Source: Octopus bimaculoides (Eukaryota). Taken from it: a stretch of 64,000 nt of DNA. Made by a program: the position numbers and the translations under genes. The notes beneath the pieces were generated by a model. The model was not told where the DNA came from and did not search any database. It saw only the letters and a program-made list of their open reading frames with translations. Shown here in pieces: positions 40,630 through 54,303 of the stretch (position 1 is the stretch's first letter; the number at the start of each line of letters is the position of its first letter). The DNA lies in contig NC_068986.1 of NCBI RefSeq assembly GCF_001194135.2, forward strand, positions 37,288,781 to 37,352,780. The letters run 5' to 3'.

Positions 40630-41395
40630 AGCACACCCCTACCCGCACAGAGTCGTTCGAGTCGGCTCGCCACCCTGCACACACACATCTNNNNNNNNNN
40701 NNNNNNNNNNNNNNNNNNNNNNNNNNNNNNNNNNNNNNNNNNNNNNNNNNNNNNNNNNNNNNNNNNNNNNNNNNNNNNNNNNNNNNNNNNNNNNNNNNNN
40801 NNNNNNNNNNNNNNNNNNNNNNNNNNNNNNNNNNNNNNNNNNNNNNNNNNNNNNNNNNNNNNNNNNNNNNNNNNNNNNNNNNNNNNNNNNNNNNNNNNNN
40901 NNNNNNNNNNNNNNNNNNNNNNNNNNNNNNNNNNNNNNNNNNNNNNNNNNNNNNNNNNNNNNNNNNNNNNNNNNNNNNNNNNNNNNNNNNNNNNNNNNNN
41001 NNNNNNNNNNNNNNNNNNNNNNNNNNNNNNNNNNNNNNNNNNNNNNNNNNNNNNNNNNNNNNNNNNNNNNNNNNNNNNNNNNNNNNNNNNNNNNNNNNNN
41101 NNNNNNNNNNNNNNNNNNNNNNNNNNNNNNNNNNNNNNNNNNNNNNNNNNNNNNNNNNNNNNNNATGGAGATGTACTTGCATAGCAAGTGACCTGATCTG
41201 AGATCGTGTGCTGGAACGAAAACAATTGCAGCGTGGAAGGTGTTTATAAGCCATTTAAAATAACACACAAAATCCGTTAGATTCACTTCAACATTTAAAT
41301 TTAATTTGTCAAAATATTTTCGTCGCTCTGAGACCGCGACCTGTTCACTGACAAAATTCTGTGCAGCACAGAATTTTGTCAGCACAGAATTTTGG
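40630..41395. mobile_element. Unclassified repeat-like segment spanning a gap and ending in a palindrome
   Basis: More GC-rich than its flanks and ends in a 35-bp palindrome; class not determinable; single copy in the window. Confidence 0.3.
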
Positions 41396-42153
41396 TGTAT
41401 GTATTACTCTCTATCGCGTCTAACTGTAAAGTTTTGATGTGCCAATGGGTTTTGTAGTGTTTTCAACAAACTTCTCAATGTGTGTGCGTGTGTACACGCG
41501 CATATATATATGTGTGTATTCGATTTACAGTTCTGATTTTCTGTTCTAAACCAAACATTCATAGCGCTACCTGTATGAAACATATCGGAAAATTTGGTGG
41601 TGATGGCTGAATTGGTGGAGCATCTGTTAAAATATCTGGCAATATTTAGTCATGTTTCTTGACGTTCAACCTTGACTTTCATTCTCCCGAGACGAAGAAG
41701 CAAGTATCAATGAAGTTCTGTGACTCAATTTTTTATTATCTGTTTTTCTCGCCCCCTTGTAAGGAAACGAAAGTCTGCTCAGCCGAGACTGAACGCGAAG
41801 CTATAGATCTACGACGTTGGTATAGGCAATAAAGCTCGTTATATATTTCAATTGTAGTAATTCAATTAAGTCGTAAGAGACTTCAAGAAAGGAACATGGC
41901 GCATATCAGTTTATTATTTATTATAAATATGAATCATTGTGCCTCTCTGGGAAGTTGATTTATGCACTAAATAAAAATCAATCTAATTTACAGAGGTGCA
42001 GATTCAATATACTTGTACTTTCTAAAAGTAAAAAAGGAAAAAGGAACCGAAAACATTTAAAATACGCTCGGCCACATACATAGACAAATACAAACATTCA
42101 ACAGCACTCGTTCTAGCAAAATTCACACACACAAAACACATAAAAGTAACACT

Positions 42154-42205
<52 letters not shown>

Positions 42206-42742
42206 CACACATACACAAAACACACAACGCATGCGCAAGCATGTATACAAAGAGCCACAAGCATATACACGAAAGAGATAAAGTACCGAACAAGTAAACA
42301 TGGCATGTATTGTTATTCATTTAATAGAATTATATCGAACATATTACAAAATACCCTGAATAATTTTAATCTTTGGTGAATCTTTAATTCACAAAATTAA
42401 CCATTCAGTCATTTTCAAACAATCCACACAAAAACAAGTGCAAACACAGACATACAGACTCATTTAAAAAAATAATAGCATCCAAGCACGCATATTCATA
42501 TATAGGAGAGCAAATACACATAGGAAATATAATTTCAAATAAATACTCACAATACACTCTCATTCATGTATACAGAGATAAATACCGGGACCAATTTCAC
42601 CTTCCATATATTCTTAGATTCTTCATTATATTCTTGACCTCGACAAATTCACGAGAAACACCAGTCTTTTAATTCTTGTATTCAACTGATCATCTGTCAT
42701 TTTCAATGTCTTTCTCTATCCCACCTTCATCACTTAGGACGA

Positions 42743-42939
42743 TCAAAATGTGGTCGAAATCATGTAATCTGGTGGTCTTTGAGCTACAGTAGTCGGGAGT
42801 TCTCTTCCCTCTTGTAATATAGATCGAATGCGAAGCGCATTGAATAACCAGCTGCAGGAGTGGCGATATTCTTTACATTTCTTTCTATAAAAATCATGCA
42901 AAGGAAAATTATCACTTCTGTTAGGTGAAACTTGAAGTC
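42743..42939 (-). CDS. Candidate terminal coding exon of an unidentified gene
   Basis: Acceptor ctaatttttaccag|, phase 1, then 64 open codons: (G)LQVSPNRSDNFPLHDFYRKKCKEYRHSCSWLFNALRIRSILQEGRELPTTVAQRPPDYMISTTF*. In-frame stop just upstream of the acceptor; unique sequence; ATTAAA motifs downstream. No upstream exon identified. Confidence 0.4.
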
Positions 42940-44133
42940 CTGGTAAAAATTAGTTCTGTTATAAGCCTTCTGTTGTAAGGTTACATAGACATGGAATATC
43001 AAGAAATTACACGCGTGCCATATCTAATCACAGGATTATTCATAGGAAGGGAAAATGTTGGTTTCTAACATCAGAAATAATGTCGCAGGTTTAATTGTAA
43101 TGATGAGAAAAAATAGCCAACGTTATCTGTTGGGTCGAGCAAGTAAGGAAGATAATAATTAGATTATGCATAAGTGAAATAATATACCATTCACCATTAC
43201 GTGTATTTTGCTATACGTCTACATTTATACTTTACGTAACTCTCCATTGAAACAGAAAGAAGTTAACATAAGAGGTGCAGAATGAATGTCTTGTAACTTT
43301 CTTAGAAATATATTATTTTTTATGAAATTTTGTAGAGATAGGTTTTCGATGGCAAAGATTGCGATAATGTTGATAAAATTTAGAAAAATAATAGGGTAGA
43401 ATTATTGTAAATATACAATGGGAAATTTGTATTTAATATTAATAAAATAATTCTTTTATTTTTTACTTGTTTCAGACACGTGACTGCGGCCATGGTGGAG
43501 CACCAGCTTAGGTTTAATTAAATTTTGAAATATATTTAATTTTTCTTTAATTTCAAGATAAAAAAAATATTTTTAATTTGGAAATTAACATTCATTTCAT
43601 CATTCTGTACGAGTACCAAAAATTTGATAAAAGATAAATTATAATAATTGTATGTAAACCTTTTCTCTGAAATTACTCATGGGTTGGGGTGCAAAAGTAT
43701 ACTACCCGTCATGTGAAGGGTAATCTTGGAAAATCTGTGAAATTCTGCAGTGTGTATGTATGAATGAATGTGTGGGTGTATGTGTCCGTTTGTGTGTTCG
43801 CGTGCGTGTATGCTTAAATGTGTGTGTGTGTGTGTGTGTTAGCGCGCGGGCACGTTCGCATTAATAAAAATACGTACTCATAAGTCATGATACGTGCAAA
43901 CGTGCGCAGGCGTAGTAATACATTCATCGATGAACAACCGGTGATTCATTCACCCCAAAGCCCATACATCCATACACAGTATATAATGCAAGCGCAACCA
44001 GAATTCCCCGTCCATCACATATACACGCAGCGCCAAGTAATCAAGAAGTGTGCAGAATAACACTCAGAAATAAATGTTTATATACTCTCTCACACACAAA
44101 CATGTTTGTGCGTGTATATATACATATATATAC

Positions 44134-44188
<55 letters not shown>

Positions 44189-44989
44189 NNNNNNNNNNNN
44201 NNNNNNNNNNNNNNNNNNNNNNNNNNNNNNNNNNNNNNNNNNNNNNNNNNNNNNNNNNNNNNNNNNNNNNNNNNNNNNNNNNNNNNNNNNNNNNNNNNNN
44301 NNNNNNNNNNNNNNNNNNNNNNNNNNNNNNNNNNNNNNNNNNNNNNNNNNNNNNNNNNNNNNNNNNNNNNNNNNNNNNNNNNNNNNNNNNNNNNNNNNNN
44401 NNNNNNNNNNNNNNNNNNNNNNNNNNNNNNNNNNNNNNNNNNNNNNNNNNNNNNNNNNNNNNNNNNNNNNNNNNNNNNNNNNNNNNNNNNNNNNNNNNNN
44501 NNNNNNNNNNNNNNNNNNNNNNNNNNNNNNNNNNNNNNNNNNNNNNNNNNNNNNNNNNNNNNNNNNNNNNNNNNNNNNNNNNNNNNNNNNNNNNNNNNNN
44601 NNNNNNNNNNNNNNNNNNNNNNNNNNNNNNNNNNNNNNNNNNNNNNNNNNNNNNNNNNNNNNNNNNNNNNNNNNNNNNNNNNNNNNNNNNNNNNNNNNNN
44701 NNNNNNNNNNNNNNNNNNNNNNNNNNNNNNNNNNNNNNNNNNNNNNNNNNNNNNNNNNNNNNNNNNNNNNNNNNNNNNNNNNNNNNNNNNNNNNNNNNNN
44801 NNNNNNNNNNNNNNNNNNNNNNNNNNNNNNNNNNNNNNNNNNNNNNNNNNNNNNNNNNNNNNNNNNNNNNNNNNNNNNNNNNNNNNNNNNNNNNNNNNNN
44901 NNNNNNNNNNNNNNNNNNNNNNNNNNNNNNNNNNNNNNNNNNNNNNNNNNNNNNNNNNNNNNNNNNNNNNNNNNNNNNNNNNNNNNNNN

Positions 44990-45037
<48 letters not shown>

Positions 45038-45631
45038 TGATTGATTGATTGATTGACTGATTGAGTGATTGCGTGATTGATAGGCAGTTATTGCCGTTCA
45101 GTCATATATCTGCTACGAAGAATGAATAAGTTTGACATGCTGAAATTTACCCACTTAAAATCATACATACATACATATATACATGCATGCATGCATTCAT
45201 TCATACATACATACATACATACATACATACATACATACATACATACAGATGAATGTGTGTGTGTGCGTACAGAAGAATATACTAATCAATAAAATTCTAG
45301 CCTAGTCTGATTTTCAAGTTTATAATTTACAATTTCTACAATTTTACAGAAAATATGATATAGTGTTCTTTGGTAACAAGTTTGTATTTATGTACGCCAC
45401 AGCTTAGCGCTTCCACTCCCTGTATGTATATATACTCTACGGAATATTTGCAGTTCTGAGCAGGAACACGGAATTGCACAACGAGTGACATTTACCAGTA
45501 CCAGTATCTCTTTTCAGCTTGAGTACTATGTAATGGACCGTTGTGGGTAACCGGAGAGCCGGCATCTATACCAATTTGAGAGATGGTACGGTATCCTCCA
45601 GGATAACTTATCCCTTTTATACTATATACAT

Positions 45632-45663
<32 letters not shown>

Positions 45664-46010
45664 NNNNNNNNNNNNNNNNNNNNNNNNNNNNNNNNNNNNN
45701 NNNNNNNNNNNNNNNNNNNNNNNNNNNNNNNNNNNNNNNNNNNNNNNNNNNNNNNNNNNNNNNNNNNNNNNNNNNNNNNNNNNNNNNNNNNNNNNNNNNN
45801 NNNNNNNNNNNNNNNNNNNNNNNNNNNNNNNNNNNNNNNNNNNNNNNNNNNNNNNNNNNNNNNNNNNNNNNNNNNNNNNNNNNNNNNNNNNNNNNNNNNN
45901 NNNNNNNNNNNNNNNNNNNNNNNNNNNNNNNNNNNNNNNNNNNNNNNNNNNNNNNNNNNNNNNNNNNNNNNNNNNNNNNNNNNNNNNNNNNNNNNNNNNN
46001 NNNNNNNNNC

Positions 46011-46325
46011 GATTCCCAGATCGGGCATTGTGAGTGTTTATTGAGCGAAAACACCTAAAGCTCCACGAGGCTCCGGCAGGGGATGGTGGCGAACCCTGCT
46101 GTACTCTTTTAACACAACTTTCTCTTACTTCCTGTTTCTGTTGTACCTGTATTTCAAAGGGCCAGCCTTGTCACACTTTGTATCACGCTGAATCTCCCCG
46201 AGAACTACATTAAGGGTACCGTGTCTGTGGAGTGCTCAGCCACTTGCACATTAATTTCACGAGCAGGCTGTTGCGTTAATCGGATCAACTGGAACCCTCG
46301 TCGTCGTAACCGACGGAGTGCTAAC
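46011..46325 (+). mobile_element. SINE family C (head lost in the gap)
   Basis: Reverse complement of the 20969-21300 copy. Confidence 0.85.
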
Positions 46326-47329
46326 ATGTACGACATGCGCCTGCTCTATGTGTATGTATGTACGTTTGCGTGTATGCGTGTGTCTGTCTGTATGTATTGT
46401 TTCTTTGTGTGAATGTATGTGTGTATGTGCGTGTGTGGGTGCATGTTTGTGTGTGTGCGCGCGCGTGCATGTGTTTTTGTATTTACAGAGGAGACATTTG
46501 CGTGTCCAGGCCTTATTACAAAAATAATTATATTATACTCTAATATTAGGTAAAACCTTAGCTGGACTCTTCCTCTTCTGTCTCGCCTGCTCGCCTTCTG
46601 CTAACCGCCTCTACCTACACCACACAATTTACGTTACCGATCATAAGCTGAAGTCTTATCTCTTCGAATTACTTCAACTATAAGTCAGATCGGGATGCAA
46701 CACTTTAATGGATCTTCGTAGCGGTCGTATTTGTATCCTTTGAAAATGAAGCCAGACTAATCTTTGTAATTCTTTTGATGGCAGACATTTTGAAGTAACA
46801 TGACAATCTCCTTAGTTCCCATTGATAATGAGATAAGGGATTATTTTTATCCGATGCATTGCATTACAAGGGAGAGCATGTTGTAGTTTACCATTTAATA
46901 TATCGGTGTCACATACTAGTGATTGATAATGTTAATCTCCCGACTAATCATATAGAAATAAATAATTACCGCTAATTAGAAGGTCGGTGATATGGTGTAA
47001 GAAGCGGAGAGGCAAAATTAGTAAAGCACCATAGGACTCAATGCTCTGTTTGCAATTGTTGTTCTTGTTGTTTAAGTCCTGATCAACCAACTGACAAAGT
47101 CGGTAGAGCGTTAGCTAAAATGCCTCGCGCTATTTCCGCTCCGAGTTCAAAATCCGCCGAGGTCATCCTTTTGTGACTGAACAAAAAGAAAAATAAGGGA
47201 AAGAAAAGCAGACGTTACATGACTTAACTTACAAAGGTTGCATAAGCGTAAATATATATTATAAAAAAAGAAAAATAAATAAATGCGCCCTTTTAAAGCC
47301 TAGCCAGGCTCATGGGCCCGGTTTTCCTC

Positions 47330-47730
47330 ATGCGTGGTACTTTGGGCAAATGTTTTCTTCTGCTATAGCCACGGGCCAACCAAAGCCTTGTGAGTGGATT
47401 TGCTTGACAGAAACAGAAATCAGCCTGTCGTGTGTGTGTGTGTGTGTTTATGTGTGTGTGTGTGCGTGCGTGTGTGTGTNNNNNNNNNNNNNNNNNNNNN
47501 NNNNNNNNNNNNNNNNNNNNNNNNNNNNNNNNNNNNNNNNNNNNNNNNNNNNNNNNNNNNNNNNNNNNNNNNNNNNNNNNNNNNNNNNNNNNNNNNNNNN
47601 NNNNNNNNNNNNNTGTGTGTGTGTGTGTGTAATTGTCCCCATAACTTAGCGTTTCTGCAAAAGAAACCTGTAGAATAAGCAACAGTCTTTAAAAAAAGGC
47701 ACAGGGATGAATTCATCCGACTAAAAATTG
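47330..47730 (+). mobile_element. SINE family B with internal (TG)n broken by a gap
   Basis: ctttgggcaaatgtttt and ccaaagccttgtgagtggattt before the gap; cataacttagcgtttctgcaaaag after it. Confidence 0.65.
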
Positions 47731-48169
47731 ATAGAGAGATGGATAGATATTATATATATATATATCAGTGGCGGGCAACAGCAAATGGAATACTTGAAAT
47801 AATTGAAGTTTTCTGTTGTAGATGGCTACAGCTTAAGATCTTTAAGGAGATAAAAAATTTGAGGGTGAAGGGAACTTCAAGCTAAATATACCGGATGTTA
47901 TATGCATTCGTCTGGTTTGCCACCAATTTATACATTCACCGAGCTGCTGTGTGTTGAGATAATTAGTGTCATAGTTATTAAGTATTCAAGTCATCTAGGA
48001 AATGATCGTCCGACTAGGAAATGGTCACTCTCCATAGCTTATTGGCGGCTGAGATAATTGATGGTGGTCACCATTAAATGTGTAGTTTGGCGTTGAAAAA
48101 TAATTAGTTGAAATATGGCTGCAAAGAAAACCTGACTTTTTAGCAGTCATAGTTGTTTAAAGAGGTCAA

Positions 48170-48256
48170 GCAAATATAAATGAGGTCAGCAGTATAAAGA
48201 AGTCATGCAGTAAGATTAAGGTCACCAGTATCACGAGGTCATCAGCATAAAGTTGT
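48170..48256 (-). mobile_element. Tiny LINE reverse-transcriptase (YADD) fragments
   Basis: QLYADDLVIL followed by a degenerate LLYTADLIY; too short for clade assignment. Confidence 0.35.
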
Positions 48257-48377
48257 CACACAGCAAAGAGCTGACCGGTGACCGAGATGTTGGACTTTTC
48301 ATTTACCGGTGGCAGGACAGCGACTGTGCAAAAATAGATGCAGGCATGGCTGTATGATTAAGAAGCTCGCTTCGCAA

Positions 48378-48512
48378 CTGGTACTTAATTTATCGATCCC
48401 GAAAGGATGAAAGGCAAAGTCGGCAGAATTTGAACTCAGAACGTAAAGATAGACGAAATGACTCTAAGCATTTCGCCCGGCGGCTAGCGTTTCTTCCAGC
48501 TCGCCGCCTTTG
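48378..48512 (-). mobile_element. SINE family A 5' two-thirds
   Basis: actggtacttaatttatcgatcccgaaaggatgaaaggcaaagt...cagctcgccgcctt. Confidence 0.8.
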
Positions 48513-49427
48513 TTAGGCTTTATTTTATTTAGTATTGATTTAAATTTCAAAAGTTTATTAATGGTCTCCTTCCAAAAGATAAAGCAGTCATCCAGGTTTC
48601 TTTTCCAGTTCTCTTTTATATAATGGTGAAATAAGTATCCAAATGATCCAGTAATTTCTTCTTTTTTTTTTTTTTTTTTTTNNNNNNNNNNNNNNNNNNN
48701 NNNNNNNNNNNNNNNNNNNNNNNNNNNNNNNNNNNNNNNNNNNNNNNNNNNNNNNNNNNNNNNNNNNNNNNNNNNNNNNNNNNNNNNNNNNNNNNNNNNN
48801 NNNNNNNNNNNNNNNNNNNNNNNNNNNNNNNNNNNNNNNNNNNNNNNNNNATATATATATGTATATATATATATACATACATAGAGAGAGAGAGAGAGAG
48901 GTGGAAAGAGATGGAATCAGATAGATAGATAGATTGGGTGAAAACGGATAAGTAACAGCAGCTTAAAGCAGTTATTTCTTACATCTATTCCCCTCCCCCC
49001 TTGCCTTTTAACGGACATAACAGAGCAGTAAAATTCAAAATACTAACAAAAACAACAAAATATAAATAAAAGAAGAATGAAAATGTATCTTCCACTTGGG
49101 ATTGAAATCTTATCCCATTTTGTGTCTTCTGACGTTATACCAACTGGTCACAACATTCATTAATAACTTCCTACTCCCACTATTTCAGTTGTCCGCGGCA
49201 TGAACCTATTATCTCAAATTAAAAGAATATTTAAATAAACAGGACCCTCCCGGAAACTGGTAGTTATTTATATTTTACACTGGGGTATTAATAATAAACT
49301 TTATATGCGCAACATATTCTTTATTCTATTTTGAGATTCCACTTACTTTGTAAATATGTCCGCCTGTGTATCCATTTGTCTTTTTGTAATTCAGTTTGTC
49401 AGTTTGTCTGTGTTGAACGATTATTTG

Positions 49428-49730
49428 CTGCTCGTGAAATTAACATGCAAGTAGCTGAGCACTCCACAGACACGAGTACCCTTAATGTAGTTCTCGGGGA
49501 TATTCAGCGTGACACAGTGTGACAAGGCTGAACCTTTGAATTACAGGCACAACAAGGAAGTAAGATTGAGAGAAAGTTGTGGTGAAAGAGTACAGCAGGG
49601 TTTGCCATCATCCCCTGCCGGAGCCTCGTGGAGCTTTAGGTGTTTTCGCTCAATAAACACTCACAACACCCGGTCTGGGAATCGAAACTGCGAGTCCGCT
49701 GCCCTAACCACTGGGCCATTGCGCCCCCAC
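49428..49730 (-). mobile_element. SINE family C with head
   Basis: High similarity to 21040-21356; head ends gggccattgcgcccccac. Confidence 0.85.
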
Positions 49731-49939
49731 TGTCTGTCTGTATAGTTGAAGCGAAAAAGGCCCATTGGATAAAGTGATACTGAGTATTAACATAGGATGT
49801 TGTGTATTTAAGAAGTTCTCTTCCCAACTATTTGGATCGAGGTTCAGTTCCTTAGGGCAGTGCCAGTCTAATCAGGGGTTCTGAGTAAATTTAGTTGATG
49901 AAAACTGTGCGGAAGTTGGTCGCATATATCTATAATCTG

Positions 49940-50147
49940 TTTCAGTCATTTGACTGTGGTCATGCCGGGGCACAGCTTTGAAGGATTTTTAGCCGAACAA
50001 ATTGACCCCAGGTCTTTATGTTTTAAGCCTATTCAATCGGTTTCTATTGTCGAAACACTTAGTTATGGGGACATAAACATACCAACACCGATTGTCAAAC
50101 AGCAGTGGGAGACAAAGACACAAAAACACAAACATATAGATATACGC

Positions 50148-50195
<48 letters not shown>

Positions 50196-50225
50196 ACAAG
50201 TGTCTTCTACTATAGCCTCAACTAA
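49940..50225 (-). mobile_element. SINE family B, internally deleted, with (TG)n
   Basis: gtttcagtcatttgactgtggtcatgc tail; caagtgtcttctactatagcc CORE-like segment. Confidence 0.7.
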
Positions 50226-50639
50226 ACCCTTCAAGATGGTGTTTCAGTGTAGTCGTAGTCCAATAACTGAAACAAGTAAAACGATACCTTAAATTCTGGA
50301 GAAGGACGTAGTTGATTTAATCGGTTCAGTACTTGACAAATACTCGTTTTATTCCATCCGGAATGATTTCTTTCTTGTGAGTAAAGGGACGTTCTTTTAT
50401 TGGATTCCTTCATATAGCTGATTTAAAAAGGTAGGGAGAGAAAAAAATAGACGAAGAGAACCGTCTCCGGTCCTTGTTTGATATTCTATTTATCGGACAT
50501 GAAGGCATGAAGGGATGAAATGCAATGGCTTCTGATTTACGCATGATGCCAGTATTTTTAAAGGGAGGGGTAAATAGCTAACTTCGATCCCATCATTGAC
50601 AGTGAGAAGCTGAAAGACAATATTGATTTCAGCTTGAAC

Positions 50640-51058
50640 TCAGAGGGCCAAAAGTTGAAGAAACGCACATATCACAAGACATTAAAGCTTTTTATCCAAC
50701 ACTCTTTAGCACTTATCTTCGGAGGATGATTGACAAAGTCGATTCCGGCAGGATTTGAGCTCAGAACGTAACAATAAGTCAAAACTAAATACTACAAGGT
50801 ATTTTGTCCGACGCTCTACCGATTCAGCTAAGAGTAATATTGCTTTCAAATTTTTGCTTAAAACCAGCCATTCAGAGGAAGAGCACAAGTCAATTACATC
50901 TACTCCAGTGCTCATATAATTTTTACTTTATCGATCTCGGAAGGATGAAAGGCAAAGTTAACCCTGGCGGAATTTGAACTCAGAACGTGAAGACGGACAA
51001 AATGCCGTTAAGTATTTTTCTCGGCATGCCAACGATTCTGCCTGCTCGCCGCCTTGAG
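50640..51058 (-). mobile_element. Two or three tandem SINE family A copies
   Basis: Repeated gaactcagaacgt and ggatgaaaggcaaag motifs; head ends ctcgccgcctt at about 51057. Confidence 0.7.
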
Positions 51059-51310
51059 CCAAATGTAACACTAGACACCCGTTTCATGCATCTTAGTGAG
51101 TTCATGCCCATTGTCAGCTGTTGTCGTTGCTATTTTAAAATATTAAAATTCCCTAAGATATAGCTACAAACGTAAATATCAGAACCTTTCCGCTTTTCAC
51201 CACCAACACCATCATCCTCACCTCATCATCATCCTTGCCATCACTTAACATCTCTTCGATACTGTCATGGGTTGGACAATTTAACAGGATCCGATATATA
51301 TATACGCACG

Positions 51311-51399
<89 letters not shown>

Positions 51400-51419
51400 G
51401 TGTGTGTGTGTGCATGGTG

Positions 51420-51585
51420 TGTGTGTGACCACCGCTAGGCAACCGGTGGCGCAGGTGTGTTTACGTCCCTGTAACTTATCGTTTCGGCAAAGAGACCGAT
51501 AGAGTAAGTACCAGGCTTTCGACTAAAATTTCAAGGCGGTGCCCCAGCATGGCCTCAATCAAATGACTGAAGCAAGTAAAAGAAA
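51420..51585 (+). mobile_element. SINE family B 3' half
   Basis: cggcaaagagaccgatagagtaagtaccaggctt and ggcggtgccccagcatggcc. Confidence 0.75.
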
Positions 51586-51853
51586 AAGGTTTTGTTATGA
51601 TAGAAAGTTAAAAAAGCGTAATGCCATATTATACGATAAGCATTTGAAAATAAAGGGCAAAACGTTTTCTTCTCGTTGTCGACATATCACAGTGATAATA
51701 AGTCTACCCAAATCTTCAATTGCGGGCGGCTGATTTCTTTGTTTTTCATTGAAGCTCCTGAAGAAATGCCCAAAACAGAAAGACTACTTTTAATCAGGAA
51801 TAATTCAAAGAATTTAGGTTTATTGCTAAAAGCGGGAAAAAAGCTAACTTTCA

Positions 51854-51919
<66 letters not shown>

Positions 51920-52119
51920 TGTGTGTGTGTGTGTGTGTGCCTGTTGTTTTGTGTGTATTTACTCTCGTTGTAATATGGAAATTGGCAGAAGGGAGGGGAA
52001 AATGCTGGGCTTATCTGTGTTAGCGTGCGTTCACGCTAACACAGATAAACATAAAGCTGACGCTCATATTGCTGGTACATCATCATTGTCATCATTTTTC
52101 TCTCCAGCTCGATCAGCAT

Positions 52120-53560
52120 GAGAAGATGAAATCTTAGCTGCAGACTAGTACAAAGTGTATCATGCTGAGACTCTTCATCAGTCATACAGAAGTGCTGATT
52201 GTGAAGTAAAAGTTAACAAAGAAATCTATAGTGACTCTGATAGTAAAAACTTTAACATGTGTGAAAACTAAAGCAAAATCTCTATGTGAAAACATTCTAA
52301 CGCCGCCTTTTGCACAAAGGCATCTAAAATATATCATATAACATGCTAATGCGTCAAAGAAAGGTGCAATGAACTGTTTTCCAATACTTCTGAGATATTT
52401 CCCTATTGAGAAGAGAGTGCAATATGTGTTGTCTTTTGCAGTGATAACAATGAATCACCAGAGGAAACAAATCAGTAACTAAGTAAGCTAGAGACATTAA
52501 GTCTGGATTTGACGAAAGTGTCGGCATACACTGCTGACGATGCAAGTGCAAATTATAGCAAGATAAACTGGAAAATGAGTCAAAACTGTTTTGATCGTAT
52601 TTTGCATAATACAAAAAGATTTGCTACAGAACAACAATTTGATCTTGGAAATATTGTGCTCAAAGTGTACAACCATTTCCTCAGTTCAAAGGACAGGTCA
52701 GTTAAAAATGAATTTTGTGAATTCGTCGATATTGAAAATTGCAGTTTGTTACGTTGCGTTGTAACTAGATGGCGTTCTTTCTTGTCATCTGTTGACAGAA
52801 TATTTAAAGAGTGGGAAGTCCTAAAGTTTTATTTTTACTTAGTCTAGGTAGAGGAAGCCCGTCCCATGACACTGTTGAAGTGCACCAACGATAAAGGAAA
52901 CGCCTGAAAATTGTCAGAGATTTGTTTTTGTTTCACAGTGACACTCACTCTAAGATTGTTTTCAGACATTATTAAAGCAATACAAATCAAGATATTCAGC
53001 ATAATTTCAGTATTTAAGCTAACTACTTAATAGAAAACAATGGCTGATTGAAAAGAATGAAAGAAGCAAAGGACTGATTTAGAAACATGTGGTGGTATTA
53101 CTGGGAATTGCTTCTTAAGGGAGAGAATCGCTTCTAGGTTTATTTTTCATTTGTGGAAGAATCATTGTCAAAGAATGAAGAGCACATATATATTTCCATA
53201 TAATTCCTTTATGTTTCTCTCTCATTTCCTTAAGGTACAGTCCTTAACGTCACTGATATCCGTGGATAGCATTATTTCCTATATGGTCCACTTTCTGGAC
53301 TCGTCAGCACAACATAGCTCGGGTTTTAAAATTAATTAAGCTCAATTCAATTAAAAATCATATATTTCTTCTTTTTCCTATTTATTTTTTTGTGAGAATG
53401 AAACGAAGCCTGTTTACCCCTCGAAAATGTGAAGCAGGCGTCATTGTTACCTATAAAAGAGAACTTCTCTGAAAACAGTTCTCAAGAAAAATGGTTGAAC
53501 CTTAACCATTCAAGTGTCATAACTTTTGGAGAAGTTCTGCGATGAGTTTATGGCCGGCAA
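52120..53560 (+). pseudogene. Decayed hAT-superfamily transposase
   Basis: Frame-broken motifs: YHAETLHQSYRSADC, KTKAKSLCENIL, ASKKGAMNCFPILLRYF, SAYTADDASANY, ILHN, LKVYNHF, VVTRWRSFLSSVDRIFKEWEVLKFYF (hAT TRW motif). The 3' boundary is approximate. Confidence 0.7.
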
Positions 53561-53746
53561 CCTTCAAAATATTGCGATAAATAAATGAAGAGAATGAAAA
53601 TACGAAGAAAATTAAAAGTAATCACGTGATAACCATACTAAGGAAGGTTAGCTTAAGGTATTCTCTAGATTTTAAGTATATTTCACAAACCTGAACGTGG
53701 AAGCTTATGATTTTTCTCTTTTATGCATATCTGTCGAGCTACATCC

Positions 53747-53803
<57 letters not shown>

Positions 53804-54252
53804 GAGTAGAGAGGCAAGTGTTGTCTAGCAAATGTTTCGAAAAAAGATGGATACATGTAGCAAGAATGGCACGTATAAATCACGAAGCCACCTTGACCAT
53901 GATTCTATAAAACGTTTTAAAATTTTGTAAACAGAGAGTTACTTACGTTTCTTACATAAATAAGAGAAATTTTATTTAACAAACTGTGACACTAAGGACC
54001 GAGGTTACCGTGGTCTTTTCGTAGGTTTTTCTTTCCACGGATAACCTCCCCANNNNNNNNNNNNNNNNNNNNNNNNNNNNNNNNNNNNNNNNNNNNNNNN
54101 NNNNNNNNNNNNNNNNGCGATGTTTTTTTTTCATCGTTGTCCCCACTTTTGTTTTTTTTTTCTGCTTTGTTTTCGCCCCCCTCGAAAAGAAAAACTCTAC
54201 ATTTATATTTTGTCCCCTCTATGTTGAGCCCTGTGTGGCTAATAAAGAAACA

Positions 54253-54303
<51 letters not shown>

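Noticed and set aside
42784-43002. Listed 72-aa minus-strand ORF (MIFHVYVTLQ...)
   Set aside because: It overlaps the candidate exon in another frame, has no recognisable motif, and is less well delimited by splice signals; treated as a shadow frame, though not excluded.
45492-45620. Minus-strand frame GISYPGGYRTISQIGIDAGSPVTHNGPLHSTQAEKRYWYW
   Set aside because: No polypyrimidine acceptor and no recognisable homology; not supportable as an exon without RNA data.
53285-53307. Minus-strand CTGACGA-GTCC(AGAAAGT)GGAC, hammerhead-like half
   Set aside because: Not followed by GAAA, no helix III or I, and it lies within the hAT remnant.
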